From assembly GCA_040386535.1 (NCBI GenBank), contig JAZKFH010000002.1, forward strand, positions 187,678-251,677: DNA of 64,000 bases. The letters are read 5' to 3'. The position numbers were made by a program, and so were the translations under genes. The notes under the pieces are model-generated. The model saw nothing but the letters and a program-made list of their open reading frames with translations, ran no database searches and had not been told where the DNA came from. Below are positions 32,024 through 41,929 of this stretch, piece after piece. Position 1 is the first letter of the stretch. The number at the start of each line of letters is the position of its first letter. The stretch comes from Myxococcota bacterium (GTDB taxonomy: Bacteria; Myxococcota_A; UBA796; SXON01).

Positions 32024-32874
32024 GGTGCCCAGCTGGCCGCGACGAAGGTGTACGGCGGGAACACGGGCGCGAAGCTGCTCTCCACCCAGGCCTGGGCGCC
32101 GACGATCAACGTCGGGACCGTGGGGCCGTTGGCGGGCTTCCAGAACAGCACCGGGCCGACGCGGATGTTGCGATCGCCGCTCTGCGGGGAGGTCTGCCAC
32201 ATCCCCAGCGCGCCCACCCACAACTTGCGGTCGTTCGCGGGCACGCCCTCCGCGGCCTTGACCGGCTTGATGAGCTCGAAGAACAGGTACCCGTTGCGAT
32301 TGATCACGTCGCCGTCGGCCGAGACGTTGATCATCTCGGTCGGCTCCCAGAACCACTCCAGCTCCTGCCCAAACGCCTCGACGTGGTGGTGGCGGAACTG
32401 GAGCTCCAGCATCACGATGACCGGCCCCGCCTTGCCCTTCAGGCGGGTCTCCGCGTCGAAGCGCAGACCCCACCCGCCCGTACGCACCCCGTCCGCGATG
32501 AGTTCGCGCTTGTTCGCCTTGGTGGCCTCGAACCCGGGATCGTCGAACGGGAGGATGCTGGAGAAGGCGCCGAAGTACCACGTGCCGTAGGCGCGGAACG
32601 TCGCGTCCCAGAACGCCACCGGCGCGATGCGCAGCACGGCGCCACCACGCGGAAACGAGGGCGTGATCTCCGCGTGCCCGGCGAGCGAGACGTACGCGTC
32701 GGCGAGCAGGAAGTGGTCGGACTTCCACAACGGCAGCCGCCCCTCGGCCTCGAACACGTACTGGACGCCCTCGGGGAACAAGGCCGCGCCGACCTGGTGG
32801 GTGGTGTGCAGCTCGACGGGATCGGCGTGGGCAGTCGCGACGAGCGCGGGCAGGAGCATCCCCGGGAGGATCAC
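32020..32874 (-). CDS. Exported hypothetical protein, possible outer-membrane beta-barrel
   Basis: Signal ending ATAHA; aromatic-rich alternating beta pattern; GTGA/ATGA overlaps with both neighbours. Confidence 0.65.
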   Translation of the reverse strand: MILPGMLLPALVATAHADPVELHTTHQVGAALFPEGVQYVFEAEGRLPLWKSDHFLLADAYVSLAGHAEITPSFPRGGAVLRIAPVAFWDATFRAYGTWYFGAFSSILPFDDPGFEATKANKRELIADGVRTGGWGLRFDAETRLKGKAGPVIVMLELQFRHHHVEAFGQELEWFWEPTEMINVSADGDVINRNGYLFFELIKPVKAAEGVPANDRKLWVGALGMWQTSPQSGDRNIRVGPVLFWKPANGPTVPTLIVGAQAWVESSFAPVFPPYTFVAASWAP

Positions 32875-33503
32875 TTGGCGCGGCCCTCGGCGCTCGCCGC
32901 CATGTTGACCATGAAGTCGCGCGTGCCGCCCGTGCTGATCCACCGCTGCACGAAATCGGGCATCGCCTGCCCGAAGTTGCTCTCGCACTCGTAGACGAGG
33001 CGGGTCCAGTCCGCGCCGGCCGGGCTAGGGTGCAGCTCGTAGACACCGCGGCTGCCCGCGAGGTCGTTCTCCTGCGCCGTGTCGAGCTCGTGGGAGAGCT
33101 TGCCCCCCGCCACGTCGAGGACGTAGTGGTTGTGGTACCCGATGTCCATCCCGAACTTGGAGATGCGCCACCGCACCCACTGCTCGGTGGCGGTCGACGG
33201 GCGGTAGAATTCGACGCTCTTGACCGCCGGGTTGCTCACCTTTCGGGCCTGGAAATCGAGGAGCGCGCCCCACACCGCGGTCTTCGGGGCGTGGATGTCG
33301 ACGATGGCGAGCACCCGCACGCCCCCCGCCGCGCGGGGCGACAGCGGACGGAGCACGACGTCACGCGCGCGGAGGACGGCCTCCTCCTCGGCGCTCACCG
33401 TCAGGGGCGCGGCGTCGGCCGGGGTGGGCGCGAGCCCGCCGAGCAGCAGGGCGAACAGCAGCGCGAGACGGAGGCGTAGCGGAAATCTGGGGGGACGCGG
33501 CAC
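32871..33503 (-). CDS. Exported SRPBCC/START-domain protein
   Basis: Signal peptide (..PADA), IHAPKTAVWGALLDF, G.YEL, TRLVYE, P.FVQRW C-terminal helix. Confidence 0.75.
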   Translation of the reverse strand: MPRPPRFPLRLRLALLFALLLGGLAPTPADAAPLTVSAEEEAVLRARDVVLRPLSPRAAGGVRVLAIVDIHAPKTAVWGALLDFQARKVSNPAVKSVEFYRPSTATEQWVRWRISKFGMDIGYHNHYVLDVAGGKLSHELDTAQENDLAGSRGVYELHPSPAGADWTRLVYECESNFGQAMPDFVQRWISTGGTRDFMVNMAASAEGRAK

Positions 33504-33524
33504 GTACGCTCCGACTCGACAGCG

Positions 33525-33566
33525 GCTGTACACTCGCTGGGGCGGCCCTGTCAATCGATCGATGGA
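33525..33566 (-). promoter_or_regulatory. Sigma70-type promoter with overlapping palindromic operator (probable TetR site)
   Basis: Minus strand TTGACA (33554-33549), 18 nt, TACAGC; palindrome TCAATCGATCGATGGA (33551-33566) overlaps the -35. Confidence 0.65.
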
Positions 33567-33603
33567 GGCGGCGGCACGCGCCCGTCACTTCAGCGCGTGA
33601 CCG

Positions 33604-34161
33604 TCAGTGCGTTTCGGCCCAGGCGCGGAGCTCTCCCACCAGCGTGCGGGTGCCGGCGCCCTGGAAGGACCGCACCAGGAAGCTCGGCACGCTGCCGCCC
33701 GGATCGTAGAGCAGCTCGTACACGACCTTGCTGCCGGTGGCGGTCGCGGAGACCTCCCACTTCCCGGTGTCGACCACCGTCGGCACGAGCTTGCCGGTGA
33801 TCTTGGACTGGTCGGCCGCCCGGGTCCACGTGTAGCGGGTGCCCCCCGGGATCGCCTCCTGCCCCATCAGGAGCACGATCTCCCGGTCGGAGATGCCCGA
33901 GGCCTCGTGCACCTGGTACACGAGCTCTCCGCCGGCGGTGGGCCCGAGCACGCGGCTCTGGGACACGCTCGCGAAGTAGTCGGCGTGCGCGTTGTTCACC
34001 GCGAGGAGCTTCTGCAGCTCGTCCGCGGCGATCGGCCACTCGCACTCCGCGCGCACCGGGGCGTACGTGCCCTGGCGCTCCCCGGTGAAGAACACGCAGC
34101 CGTTCTCCTCCGCCGTGCGGGTCCAGCCGGCGAAGGCAACCGAGGAGAGGAGGAGCAACAT
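33604..34161 (-). CDS. Exported START-domain (lipid-binding) protein
   Basis: Signal (VAFA), W.....E.G, ISDREIV, GKWEV, DPGGSVPSFLV START signatures. Confidence 0.8.
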   Translation of the reverse strand: MLLLLSSVAFAGWTRTAEENGCVFFTGERQGTYAPVRAECEWPIAADELQKLLAVNNAHADYFASVSQSRVLGPTAGGELVYQVHEASGISDREIVLLMGQEAIPGGTRYTWTRAADQSKITGKLVPTVVDTGKWEVSATATGSKVVYELLYDPGGSVPSFLVRSFQGAGTRTLVGELRAWAETH

Positions 34162-34197
34162 GCCGCGAGTATACGCTGAAGTCGCGCCCGAACGCGC

Positions 34198-35358
34198 CTA
34201 TGCGGCGGCCGCCAGCGCCTTGCGGACGGCGCGCGCGTAGGTGGCGGCGGTGCCGTCCCCCGCCGAGGTCTCCTCCAGGAAGGCCTTCGTGGCGGCGGCG
34301 TTCTTCACGAACCAGCCGATGGCCTCGGGGCGCACCAGGGAGCGGCCCGCCATCTCCAGCATCAACGGGTACATCTCGGGCGCGGCGATGGGCGCCACCT
34401 GCTCGAAGAACCAGCGCTGCGCGTCGGTGGTGCCGAGCTTCGGCCAGTCGCGGGCGTACCGCTCGAGCACGTCCATCCCGCCGAGGAACACCAGCCGTGC
34501 GTCCGGCTCGTACGAGAGGCGGTTGACCGCGACGCGCATGCGGACGAGCACCGAGTCGTCCGCGACGTGGACGTACCAGCGGAGCGCGCGATCGGTGCTG
34601 TTCTCGGCGGCGGCGCCCCCGTTCAGCACGAGGTGGAGCGAGCGCGCGTGCGATGCGCCGGCCCCGCGGAAGCCGTGGCGACGCAGCGACGGCCGGGCCT
34701 CGAAGCAGGACTCGAGCAGCGCCTTCATCCGCACGATCCACGCGTCGTGTTGCGCCTGCGGCACGCGCAACATCAGGAAGCCGAGGTGGAAGGTCACGTG
34801 CGGCGGGAGCGACCACTCGGAGAGCAGCGTGTCGACCGGGAGCGCCTCGAGGACATCGAGGATGGCGCCGCCCACGACATCGGCGCCCACGAGCGCCTCG
34901 AGGAGGAGCACGAAGCTCTCGATTCCCCGGTCGGACACCCCTGGGATGTCCTGGTTCAGGCGGCAGGAGATCAGATCCGATGCCTCGGCCGGCGTGATCG
35001 GACCCGGCTTCCACACGGCCTCCTCCGCCTCGCGACGGAACTCCTGGAAGCCCGGCGCCAGCTCGAAGATCGACGGGAGGCCCCAGGCGCGCACGACCCC
35101 TTGCGCGACCGTTCGCGGCCACGCGAAGCGCAGCGGCGGGTCGGCCATGGCGAGGATGCGCAGGGCGTGGCCCGGCGGATCGTCATCTTCCCGGTGCCCG
35201 TCCATCACAAAACGGATGTGTGGCCAGCCGAGCGCGAAGAGCGCGTCGTAGTCGGGCGACGTGCAGAACCCGGGCCGCACCCGCGCCAGCCCAGCGGCAC
35301 CCCCCCAACGTGGATCCTTCGCGATGTCTCCCGACTCCACCTTGCGCACCGCGGCCAT
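34198..35358 (-). CDS. Hypothetical cytoplasmic, largely helical protein
   Basis: 386-aa ORF with GGAGG RBS and strong GC3 bias; no family recognised. Confidence 0.8.
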   Translation of the reverse strand: MAAVRKVESGDIAKDPRWGGAAGLARVRPGFCTSPDYDALFALGWPHIRFVMDGHREDDDPPGHALRILAMADPPLRFAWPRTVAQGVVRAWGLPSIFELAPGFQEFRREAEEAVWKPGPITPAEASDLISCRLNQDIPGVSDRGIESFVLLLEALVGADVVGGAILDVLEALPVDTLLSEWSLPPHVTFHLGFLMLRVPQAQHDAWIVRMKALLESCFEARPSLRRHGFRGAGASHARSLHLVLNGGAAAENSTDRALRWYVHVADDSVLVRMRVAVNRLSYEPDARLVFLGGMDVLERYARDWPKLGTTDAQRWFFEQVAPIAAPEMYPLMLEMAGRSLVRPEAIGWFVKNAAATKAFLEETSAGDGTAATYARAVRKALAAAA

Positions 35359-35464
35359 CGAGCCTCCCACACCTGCCGACCAAGCTACGCCCGCGACGCG
35401 AGCGCGGCCACCCGATTGTGGGCCGACCGCTCCTGCAAAGGGCATCCGTCCCGCCGACGTCCGA

Positions 35465-37330
35465 TCAGCGCTGTTGCGCGACCGCCTTGACCGGCTTCTT
35501 GTTCTCCTTGTCCAGCCACTTCTGCAGCGGCGCGAAGTACGCCACCATTGCGCGCGTGGAGAGCTTCTCGCCAGTGGCCTCCTCGAGCACCTCGCGCCAG
35601 TCCCGGGTGGCGCCCTGCTCCAGGATTCCCTTGAGGAAAGCCCCTACTTCCTTGTTTCCATAGTAGTTGCACATGTGCGGATCCTGCTTCAGGATCTTCG
35701 TCGCGATGTGCTCGTGCAGCTGGTACTTGATGACCGTCGCGATGGCGTAGTCGTAGTACTGGCCGGGATCGTCGATGATGTGGGTCTTGGTGCAGGCGTC
35801 GCACAGGGTGGGATCGGTGAGGCGCTCCGGCGAGGGCGGGGCCACCTTCTGGTACTGGCCCGCGAGCGCCCACCACCGCGCCTGCCACTGCTCGGGCGGA
35901 AGGTCCTTCTCGTAGAGCTCGTACTCGAAGTGGGTCATCACGCCGGCCGACCACGGGATGAACGCCACGGTCTGCTCGAGCGCGGAGGCGAGCATCGCCT
36001 GGGTCGGGTCGATCTTCGCCTTCTTGGGGAGGATGCCGCGCTGTTGGAGGTAGGGCACCTGCCCGGCCGCGAGGCTCGCGAGCTCACCGACGCCCTCGTG
36101 GAACGCGCGGTTGGCGCCCTCGCGCAGGGTGGGCGGCACCTCGGGGCGGGTGTACGCCAGATCGTAGTAGATGTGCCCGAGCTCGTGGTGCGACGTGAAG
36201 AACCACTGGCTGTCGGCCTCGACGCTCATGAGCGAGCGAACGTCGCGGTTCAGATCCATGTGCCACGCGGACGCGTGCGCGTTCTTCAGCCGTGTCTGCC
36301 CTTCGGGCACCGGGTAGAGGTCGGACTTCTCCCAGAACACGGGCGGCAAGGGCTCGAACCCCATCGACACGTAGAACGCCTCGGCGTCCTTCACGATCGA
36401 CTCGCGCGTGCGCCCGACGAAGTACGGATCGAGGTCCGTCGCGGTGACGAGCCCGCTCCACTCCTGTGCCCAGCGGTTCGGGTACCAGTGGGCCGGCAGC
36501 GGCCCCGCCGGGAGGGGCTGCCCGTAGCGCGCCGCGAGCTGGCGGGAGGCCCAGGTGTGGACCGCGCCGTAGAGCGGCGCCATGTCGGTGTTGAAGCCGT
36601 CCAGCAGCGTGATCATCTCGTCGGACGTGAGCCCGTAGCCGGCGCTCTGCAGCCCGAAGAACGAGCTGTAGCCCATCTCCCGGGCCACCTGGTTGCGCAG
36701 CTTCTGCAGCGTGACGAGGCCCGGCTTCAGCGGCACGCCGATCTGTTTGGAGGCCTCCCACACCTTGAGCCGCTCCGACAGGTCGCGCGATTCGAGCAGC
36801 ACCTTGTCCACGTCGTTCGCGGTCTTGCCGTCGGGACACGCGCCGTCCGGCCCGCGCGGCGTGAAGCAGAACACGTAGCCGTCCTGCACCGCGGCCATCC
36901 GGCTCTCCTCCGCGATGCGGGCGTTGACCACCTCGGAGAGCGTGCCGGGCGCGTCCCCCGCACGCAGGAGGATGGACTCGAGCTGCCGCACCTGGAGCGG
37001 GTCGAGCTCGGCCCGGCGCTTCAACAGGGCCTGCGTGCGCTCGATGATGGCGAGATCTCCGACGAAGGCCGCGAAGGACTGGTTCGCGGCGGTGCGCCCG
37101 CCCTCGGTGGCCGGCCCCACGTTCGTGGAGGCCGCCCAGCTGGCCTCGGACGACACGGTGGCCTGTCCGACGTAGAGCGAGTTGTAGAGGGTGAGGAACG
37201 CGGCGGCGTCCGCCTTGACGTCGCCCGCGGGCGCGGGAACGGCGGGCGCGGGAGCGTCGGGAGCGGGCGCGGCGGCGAAGGCCGGCGAGGTGGCGCCGAG
37301 CGCGAGGACCAGGAGCGGGATCGAGAACAA
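35465..37330 (-). CDS. Secreted M2 family peptidyl-dipeptidase (ACE-like)
   Basis: HHELGHIYY HEXXH, REGANRAFHEGVGE third ligand, HASAW; probable TTG start with signal peptide. Confidence 0.93.
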   Translation of the reverse strand: MFSIPLLVLALGATSPAFAAAPAPDAPAPAVPAPAGDVKADAAAFLTLYNSLYVGQATVSSEASWAASTNVGPATEGGRTAANQSFAAFVGDLAIIERTQALLKRRAELDPLQVRQLESILLRAGDAPGTLSEVVNARIAEESRMAAVQDGYVFCFTPRGPDGACPDGKTANDVDKVLLESRDLSERLKVWEASKQIGVPLKPGLVTLQKLRNQVAREMGYSSFFGLQSAGYGLTSDEMITLLDGFNTDMAPLYGAVHTWASRQLAARYGQPLPAGPLPAHWYPNRWAQEWSGLVTATDLDPYFVGRTRESIVKDAEAFYVSMGFEPLPPVFWEKSDLYPVPEGQTRLKNAHASAWHMDLNRDVRSLMSVEADSQWFFTSHHELGHIYYDLAYTRPEVPPTLREGANRAFHEGVGELASLAAGQVPYLQQRGILPKKAKIDPTQAMLASALEQTVAFIPWSAGVMTHFEYELYEKDLPPEQWQARWWALAGQYQKVAPPSPERLTDPTLCDACTKTHIIDDPGQYYDYAIATVIKYQLHEHIATKILKQDPHMCNYYGNKEVGAFLKGILEQGATRDWREVLEEATGEKLSTRAMVAYFAPLQKWLDKENKKPVKAVAQQR

Positions 37331-37358
37331 CGGCAGCCTCGGAGGGAGCGGGAGTGTA

Positions 37359-38939
37359 CTACCCGCCCACGTACCGCGGGAGCTCGATCCAGAAGGTCGA
37401 CCCGACGCCGGGCGCGGTCTCGACTCCGACCATGCCGCCGTGCCCCTCGATGATGAACCGGCTGATCGCGAGGCCGAGCCCGGCGCCGGCGCGGGTGCGG
37501 GCATCGGAACCGTCGACCGTCTGGAAGGGCAGGAAGAGGTAACGCACCTCGTCTTCCGACAACCCGCGGCCCTCGTCGGTGACGGCGAAGCGCACGCCGC
37601 CGGTGGCGCTCGTGGTCACCATGACCTCGACCACGCCGCCGGAGGGCGAGAACTTCACGGCGTTGGACAGGAGGTTCGTCAGGGCCTGCGCGAGGCGCTC
37701 GCGATCCCCGCGGATCTGGCCACGATCGTTCCCCACCCGCTCGACCCGCACCCCGGCGGCGCGCGCGGCGGCGTGCACCGCGTGTGTCGCCAGGTCGACG
37801 AGCTCCGAGACGCCCATGGGCTCGTGGCGGAGCGGCATCAGCCCGCCCCGCAGCCGCTCGAGATCGAGGATGTCGTTGACCAGGCGGCCGAGGCGCTCGG
37901 TGCCCTCCCGCGCGATGCCGACGAGGCGCAGCGCGTTGTCGGGGAGCCGGCCGGCGACCCCGCCCTCCAGCAGGCCCACGGCGCCGCGGATGGCGGCGAG
38001 GGGCGTCCGCAGCTCGTGGGACACGCTCGCCATGAATTCGGCCTTCAGGCGCGGCAGGCCCCGGCGTTCGGTCACGTCCTCGACGGCGACGCCGAGGTGC
38101 CCGCCCGGGAGCCGGAAGATCCGCACGGCGTGTTCGGGGCGCGCGCCGTTTCCGACGGAGAGGGTGAGATCGAGGTCCTCGGCCACGCCGGTGCGCGCCA
38201 CGCGCATGCACCGCTCGCCGATGCCGTGGGGCCGCGCCCAGGGGAAGTAGTCGAGCGAGTGGCCCAGCAGGTGGGAGATGGGGTCCCGGCTGAGTCGGCA
38301 GGCGGCCACGTTGGCCCCCACCATCCGCCACCGCGCTTCGTCGTCGAGCGGCATCTGCTCGCCCGCCGTCGGCTCGGGTGCGCGCCGGAGGAGGAAAACG
38401 GCGATGGGAAGCCCCATGATCGCCTCTTTCCACGCCTCGTCCCGCTCGGCCGCCAACGTGATCATGGTGGCGGCCTGGCGGGCCACGGAGGCCACGGCGT
38501 CGAGCCGATCGTCCGGGAAGAAGCGGGCCATCGTGTCCGCGAGCTCGAGCGAGCCGAGCACCACGCCGCCGGTGCCGAGGAGCGGGAACCGGGCCCACGA
38601 GCGCAGGTAGGGCGGGCCGAGCACCGCGGGATGGTTCGCGAGGCGGCGGTCGAGCGACGCGTCGGGGACGACCACGGACAGGTCGGTGCAGCCCGACCCG
38701 ACGTCGTGCTCGGGTACGTCCATGGGGCCCGCGTGGCCGATACACATCCCGGAGGCGTCCCGTAGCCACGCGGAGGTTCCGGCCAACATCCCCGCGATGC
38801 GCGCGAGGTCGTCGAAGGGCCTCGCCGGATCGGCGCCGAGCGGCTCTGGGACCTGGGCGTCGACCGGCACCGCGCTGGACAGCGACGCGTCGAGCGCCCC
38901 CATCGACCAACCCGTGCCCAAACTCGCCAGACCCGTCAT
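37359..38939 (-). CDS. Sensor histidine kinase (GAF/PAS-like, HisKA, HATPase)
   Basis: VSHELRTPL, NLLSNAVKFS, DEGRG, GAGLGLAI. Confidence 0.92.
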   Translation of the reverse strand: MTGLASLGTGWSMGALDASLSSAVPVDAQVPEPLGADPARPFDDLARIAGMLAGTSAWLRDASGMCIGHAGPMDVPEHDVGSGCTDLSVVVPDASLDRRLANHPAVLGPPYLRSWARFPLLGTGGVVLGSLELADTMARFFPDDRLDAVASVARQAATMITLAAERDEAWKEAIMGLPIAVFLLRRAPEPTAGEQMPLDDEARWRMVGANVAACRLSRDPISHLLGHSLDYFPWARPHGIGERCMRVARTGVAEDLDLTLSVGNGARPEHAVRIFRLPGGHLGVAVEDVTERRGLPRLKAEFMASVSHELRTPLAAIRGAVGLLEGGVAGRLPDNALRLVGIAREGTERLGRLVNDILDLERLRGGLMPLRHEPMGVSELVDLATHAVHAAARAAGVRVERVGNDRGQIRGDRERLAQALTNLLSNAVKFSPSGGVVEVMVTTSATGGVRFAVTDEGRGLSEDEVRYLFLPFQTVDGSDARTRAGAGLGLAISRFIIEGHGGMVGVETAPGVGSTFWIELPRYVGG

Positions 38940-39038
38940 CCGCTCTCCGTTGGAGCCGCCCGCGGGACGACTCGACAGGAAACACCATGCAAGGTGCGTG
39001 CCGGAAATGACCGATGAAACCGTATCAGGACGATACGC

Positions 39039-39473
39039 TCACAGTTGTTGCTGCGTCATCATCGTGAACTCGGCCGTCACGCGGTCGGACAGGAACGCCG
39101 AGATGCCCACGATGGGCTCGTACGGGTACTGGACGTGAACGCGCACGAACATCTGCCCGTCGATGTCCACCCAGTCCGCCAGGACCTCACATCCGGCGCC
39201 GCACGGGCTGCCCGCCTCGGCGAGGAGGAGCTCCACGTGCTCGATGGACTCGTCCTCGATGAGATCGCCCGTCGGGGTGGCGCCTTCGATGACCGTCGAC
39301 CCGATGCGGGCGCCGTCACGGGCGGCGCGGGACGCGAGCTGCACGACGGACACGAACGACGACAGGTCGACGATCCCGGCGACGATGAGCACGAAGATGG
39401 GCAGGCACAGCGCGAACTCGACGGCGGCGCTGCCACGGCGGAGGGAGCTGCGGGGGGTGCGGGCGAGGGTCAT
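39039..39473 (-). CDS. TadE-like minor pilin
   Basis: RRG/SAAVEFALCLP prepilin motif, TM, AARDGAR. Confidence 0.88.
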   Translation of the reverse strand: MTLARTPRSSLRRGSAAVEFALCLPIFVLIVAGIVDLSSFVSVVQLASRAARDGARIGSTVIEGATPTGDLIEDESIEHVELLLAEAGSPCGAGCEVLADWVDIDGQMFVRVHVQYPYEPIVGISAFLSDRVTAEFTMMTQQQL

Positions 39474-39922
39474 CGTTGCCACTCCATCCGGACGACGATG
39501 GTGGACTCGATCGGGAACGAGCTCATGATCAGGGGGGTGAGCGGCCGGAACTCGCGGACCACGGTGCAGCCCAGGCTGCGGCCGGGATCGGTGCCGAAGG
39601 AGGTCACGGTCACGGTGCAGTCCTCGTTGCAGGGCGCGGCGGTGCTCGCCAGCGCGGCGAGGATGCCGTCGCGCGCGCCCTCCTCGAGCTCGTTCCACAG
39701 CGCGTCGTCCTCGCCCGGGTCGAGCAGGGCGCCGACGCGGCAGCCGATCGCCGCCGAGCTGGACAGGGCCGACCGTTGGAACGCCAGCCAGGCGAGGTCC
39801 ATCACGGCGGAGACGAGGAGCACGAACACGGGCAGGATGAGCGCGAACTCGAGCGCCGAGGTGCCGCGCCGCCCGGCGCGCCGAAGGGATGGGGGAACGG
39901 ACCGAGGAGGGGTGGAGCTCAT
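39470..39922 (-). CDS. TadE-like minor pilin
   Basis: RRG/TSALEFALILP prepilin motif, TM. Confidence 0.88.
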   Translation of the reverse strand: MSSTPPRSVPPSLRRAGRRGTSALEFALILPVFVLLVSAVMDLAWLAFQRSALSSSAAIGCRVGALLDPGEDDALWNELEEGARDGILAALASTAAPCNEDCTVTVTSFGTDPGRSLGCTVVREFRPLTPLIMSSFPIESTIVVRMEWQR

Positions 39923-41196
39923 TGGACGATCGCCATCGGCAGCGAGTTGGCAATGTCCTCGAAGATGGGGACGAGCGCCGCGGAGTCGCTGGTGTTGGTG
40001 TAGTAGCCGATGCCCTTCGGCATCGTGCCCATGAACGCCTCGTGCGCGACGAACGACACGACCCAGGTGTTCACGCCCAGATCGTCGTACATGTCCTGCG
40101 TCAGGGCGTTCGAGCCGGTCCGGATCTGGGCCGTGGAGTGCGGCACGGTCCCCTGGAACTCCCGCCAGCGGGTCTCGGTGTAGGCCTGCTGCCGCCGGTA
40201 CAGACCGTGGGCCGCGGCAGGCCCGTTGGGCTTGCCGTCCGTCAGGACGACCATCGCCCGGAACGCGGTCGGATCGACCTGCTCCTCGAACATCGTGCGC
40301 GCCTGCGTGATGCCGGTCGTGTGGTCGGTGCCGGCCTCGTCCGTGTACTCGCGCGGCATCGCGGGGTAGCAGCCCCCCGCCGGAGCGGTCGTGAAGTTGT
40401 TCCGCGCGCTGAGCCTTCCGACCGGGGTGTCGGCCCGCAACGAGCACTCGTTCGGGTAGGCCCTGCCGGTGCCGCCCTTGCTCGCGACGTTGAGCCGGCC
40501 CCACGCGGTCCGCGCCGCGCCGTCGTCCGCCTCGTCGGCGAAGTAGCGCATGGGCGTGTATTCCCAGGCGTAGCGGCCCGAGAAGACGCTCATGCCGATC
40601 ATGTCGAACTCCTGGTAGCTCGAGCCGAGCGTGTCCAGGAAGGCGACCGAGGCCGCGCGCGCGTTCCGGAAGTCGGTCTGGGTCCACGACCCGGTGATGT
40701 CCATCACCAGCACCACGTGGAGCGAGCGCGTGGCGGACGTGGCCTCCCGCGTGATGTGGGCCGCGTCGAACCCGAAGAGACGCGCGAGGAAGAGGCTGAC
40801 GCCGTTGTCCCCCGTGCGCGAGACGATCGCCCGGACCGCGTTCGGGCTGTCCTCGGTGGCGGTGAAGACCTTCGGGATCGCGTTGTGGTCCCACGTGCCG
40901 AACACCACGTCCTCCAGGACCGGCTCGGCCCCCACCACGCGGTTCTCCCGGACGATGGCCGCGGCGGCCGCACGGGCGTCGGCCAGGTCACCCGTGCGGC
41001 GCAGCCGGTAGAGCGCCGCTTGCGACGCGGCGTCGGCGATGTCCTGGGTTTGCATCTGGGCGAGGCGCACGTAGGCTACGTCGATCGCCATGGCGCCGAA
41101 GCCGAGCAGCACGACCACAGCGAAGGCGAACAGGATCGCGTAAGAACCCTTGCGGCCCTCCTCGCTCGTGTCTGGTCCGGGAGGGGCGGTTCGCAT
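39919..41196 (-). CDS. TadG-like pseudopilin with vWA domain
   Basis: RKG/SYAILF..AIDV..QDIADAA Tad N-terminus; VLVMDITGS and VVLTDG MIDAS motifs. Confidence 0.87.
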   Translation of the reverse strand: MRTAPPGPDTSEEGRKGSYAILFAFAVVVLLGFGAMAIDVAYVRLAQMQTQDIADAASQAALYRLRRTGDLADARAAAAAIVRENRVVGAEPVLEDVVFGTWDHNAIPKVFTATEDSPNAVRAIVSRTGDNGVSLFLARLFGFDAAHITREATSATRSLHVVLVMDITGSWTQTDFRNARAASVAFLDTLGSSYQEFDMIGMSVFSGRYAWEYTPMRYFADEADDGAARTAWGRLNVASKGGTGRAYPNECSLRADTPVGRLSARNNFTTAPAGGCYPAMPREYTDEAGTDHTTGITQARTMFEEQVDPTAFRAMVVLTDGKPNGPAAAHGLYRRQQAYTETRWREFQGTVPHSTAQIRTGSNALTQDMYDDLGVNTWVVSFVAHEAFMGTMPKGIGYYTNTSDSAALVPIFEDIANSLPMAIVQ

Positions 41197-41329
41197 CACA
41201 ACCTCAGCGGCGAGCCCAAGCATACCACCGCCTGCCGACGCCGATGCCGCCTATCACTTTCAACCCACTGTCGCGCGCGGATGAGTTCGGCCGCTGGCCC
41301 CAGGCCACGCGAGCGAGTACGTCGCGGAG

Positions 41330-41902
41330 GTGGAACCCCCCTCCCCTCCGCCTGACGACGAGCTTCGGGTGCGCGCGCCCGACGAGGCGCCGTCGGAGCC
41401 GCCCGCCCCGCTGGCGCGCCGCGCCGGCCGCCTCGCCCGGGAGCTCGGCATCACCGTCCTGGCGCTGGTCGTCCTCTGGGTCGGGCTCGGTTGGTTCCGC
41501 GCACCGGAGTTGCCCCGCGCGGCGCCGGACTTCGCGCTGGTAGACCTCGACGGCGGGCGTCACACCCTCGCGGAGCTGCGCGGGCAAACGGTCGTCCTCA
41601 ACTTCTGGGCCACCTGGTGCGGCCCGTGCCGGATGGAGGTGCCGGGCCTCTCCGCGTTCGCCCGTGCGCACCCCGACATCCCCGTGCTCGGCATCGCGGT
41701 CGACGGGGAGCCGGAGGCGCTCCGCAAGGCGGCGAAGGAGCTCGGCATCGACTACCTCGTGCTGCGCGCCGACGCCGCGACGCGCGAGGCGTACGGCGTG
41801 AGCACGCTGCCCACGACCGTGATCGTGGGCCCCGACGGCACGGTGCGGTCCGCGCACGCGGGGCTCATGCTCCAGCCGCACCTGTGGTGGCTCACGCGCT
41901 GA
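41330..41902 (+). CDS. TlpA/ResA family thiol-disulfide oxidoreductase
   Basis: TM anchor, APDF, NFWATWCGPC, LPTT. Confidence 0.93.
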   Translation: MEPPSPPPDDELRVRAPDEAPSEPPAPLARRAGRLARELGITVLALVVLWVGLGWFRAPELPRAAPDFALVDLDGGRHTLAELRGQTVVLNFWATWCGPCRMEVPGLSAFARAHPDIPVLGIAVDGEPEALRKAAKELGIDYLVLRADAATREAYGVSTLPTTVIVGPDGTVRSAHAGLMLQPHLWWLTR

Positions 41903-41929
41903 GCCGCCCACGGGCTGAGCCGCGCGCGG

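Noticed and set aside
39021..39037. CGTATC-N5-GATACG inverted repeat resembling the GATACATC motif
   Set aside because: Only 6 bp and opposite orientation; insufficient evidence to include it in the family
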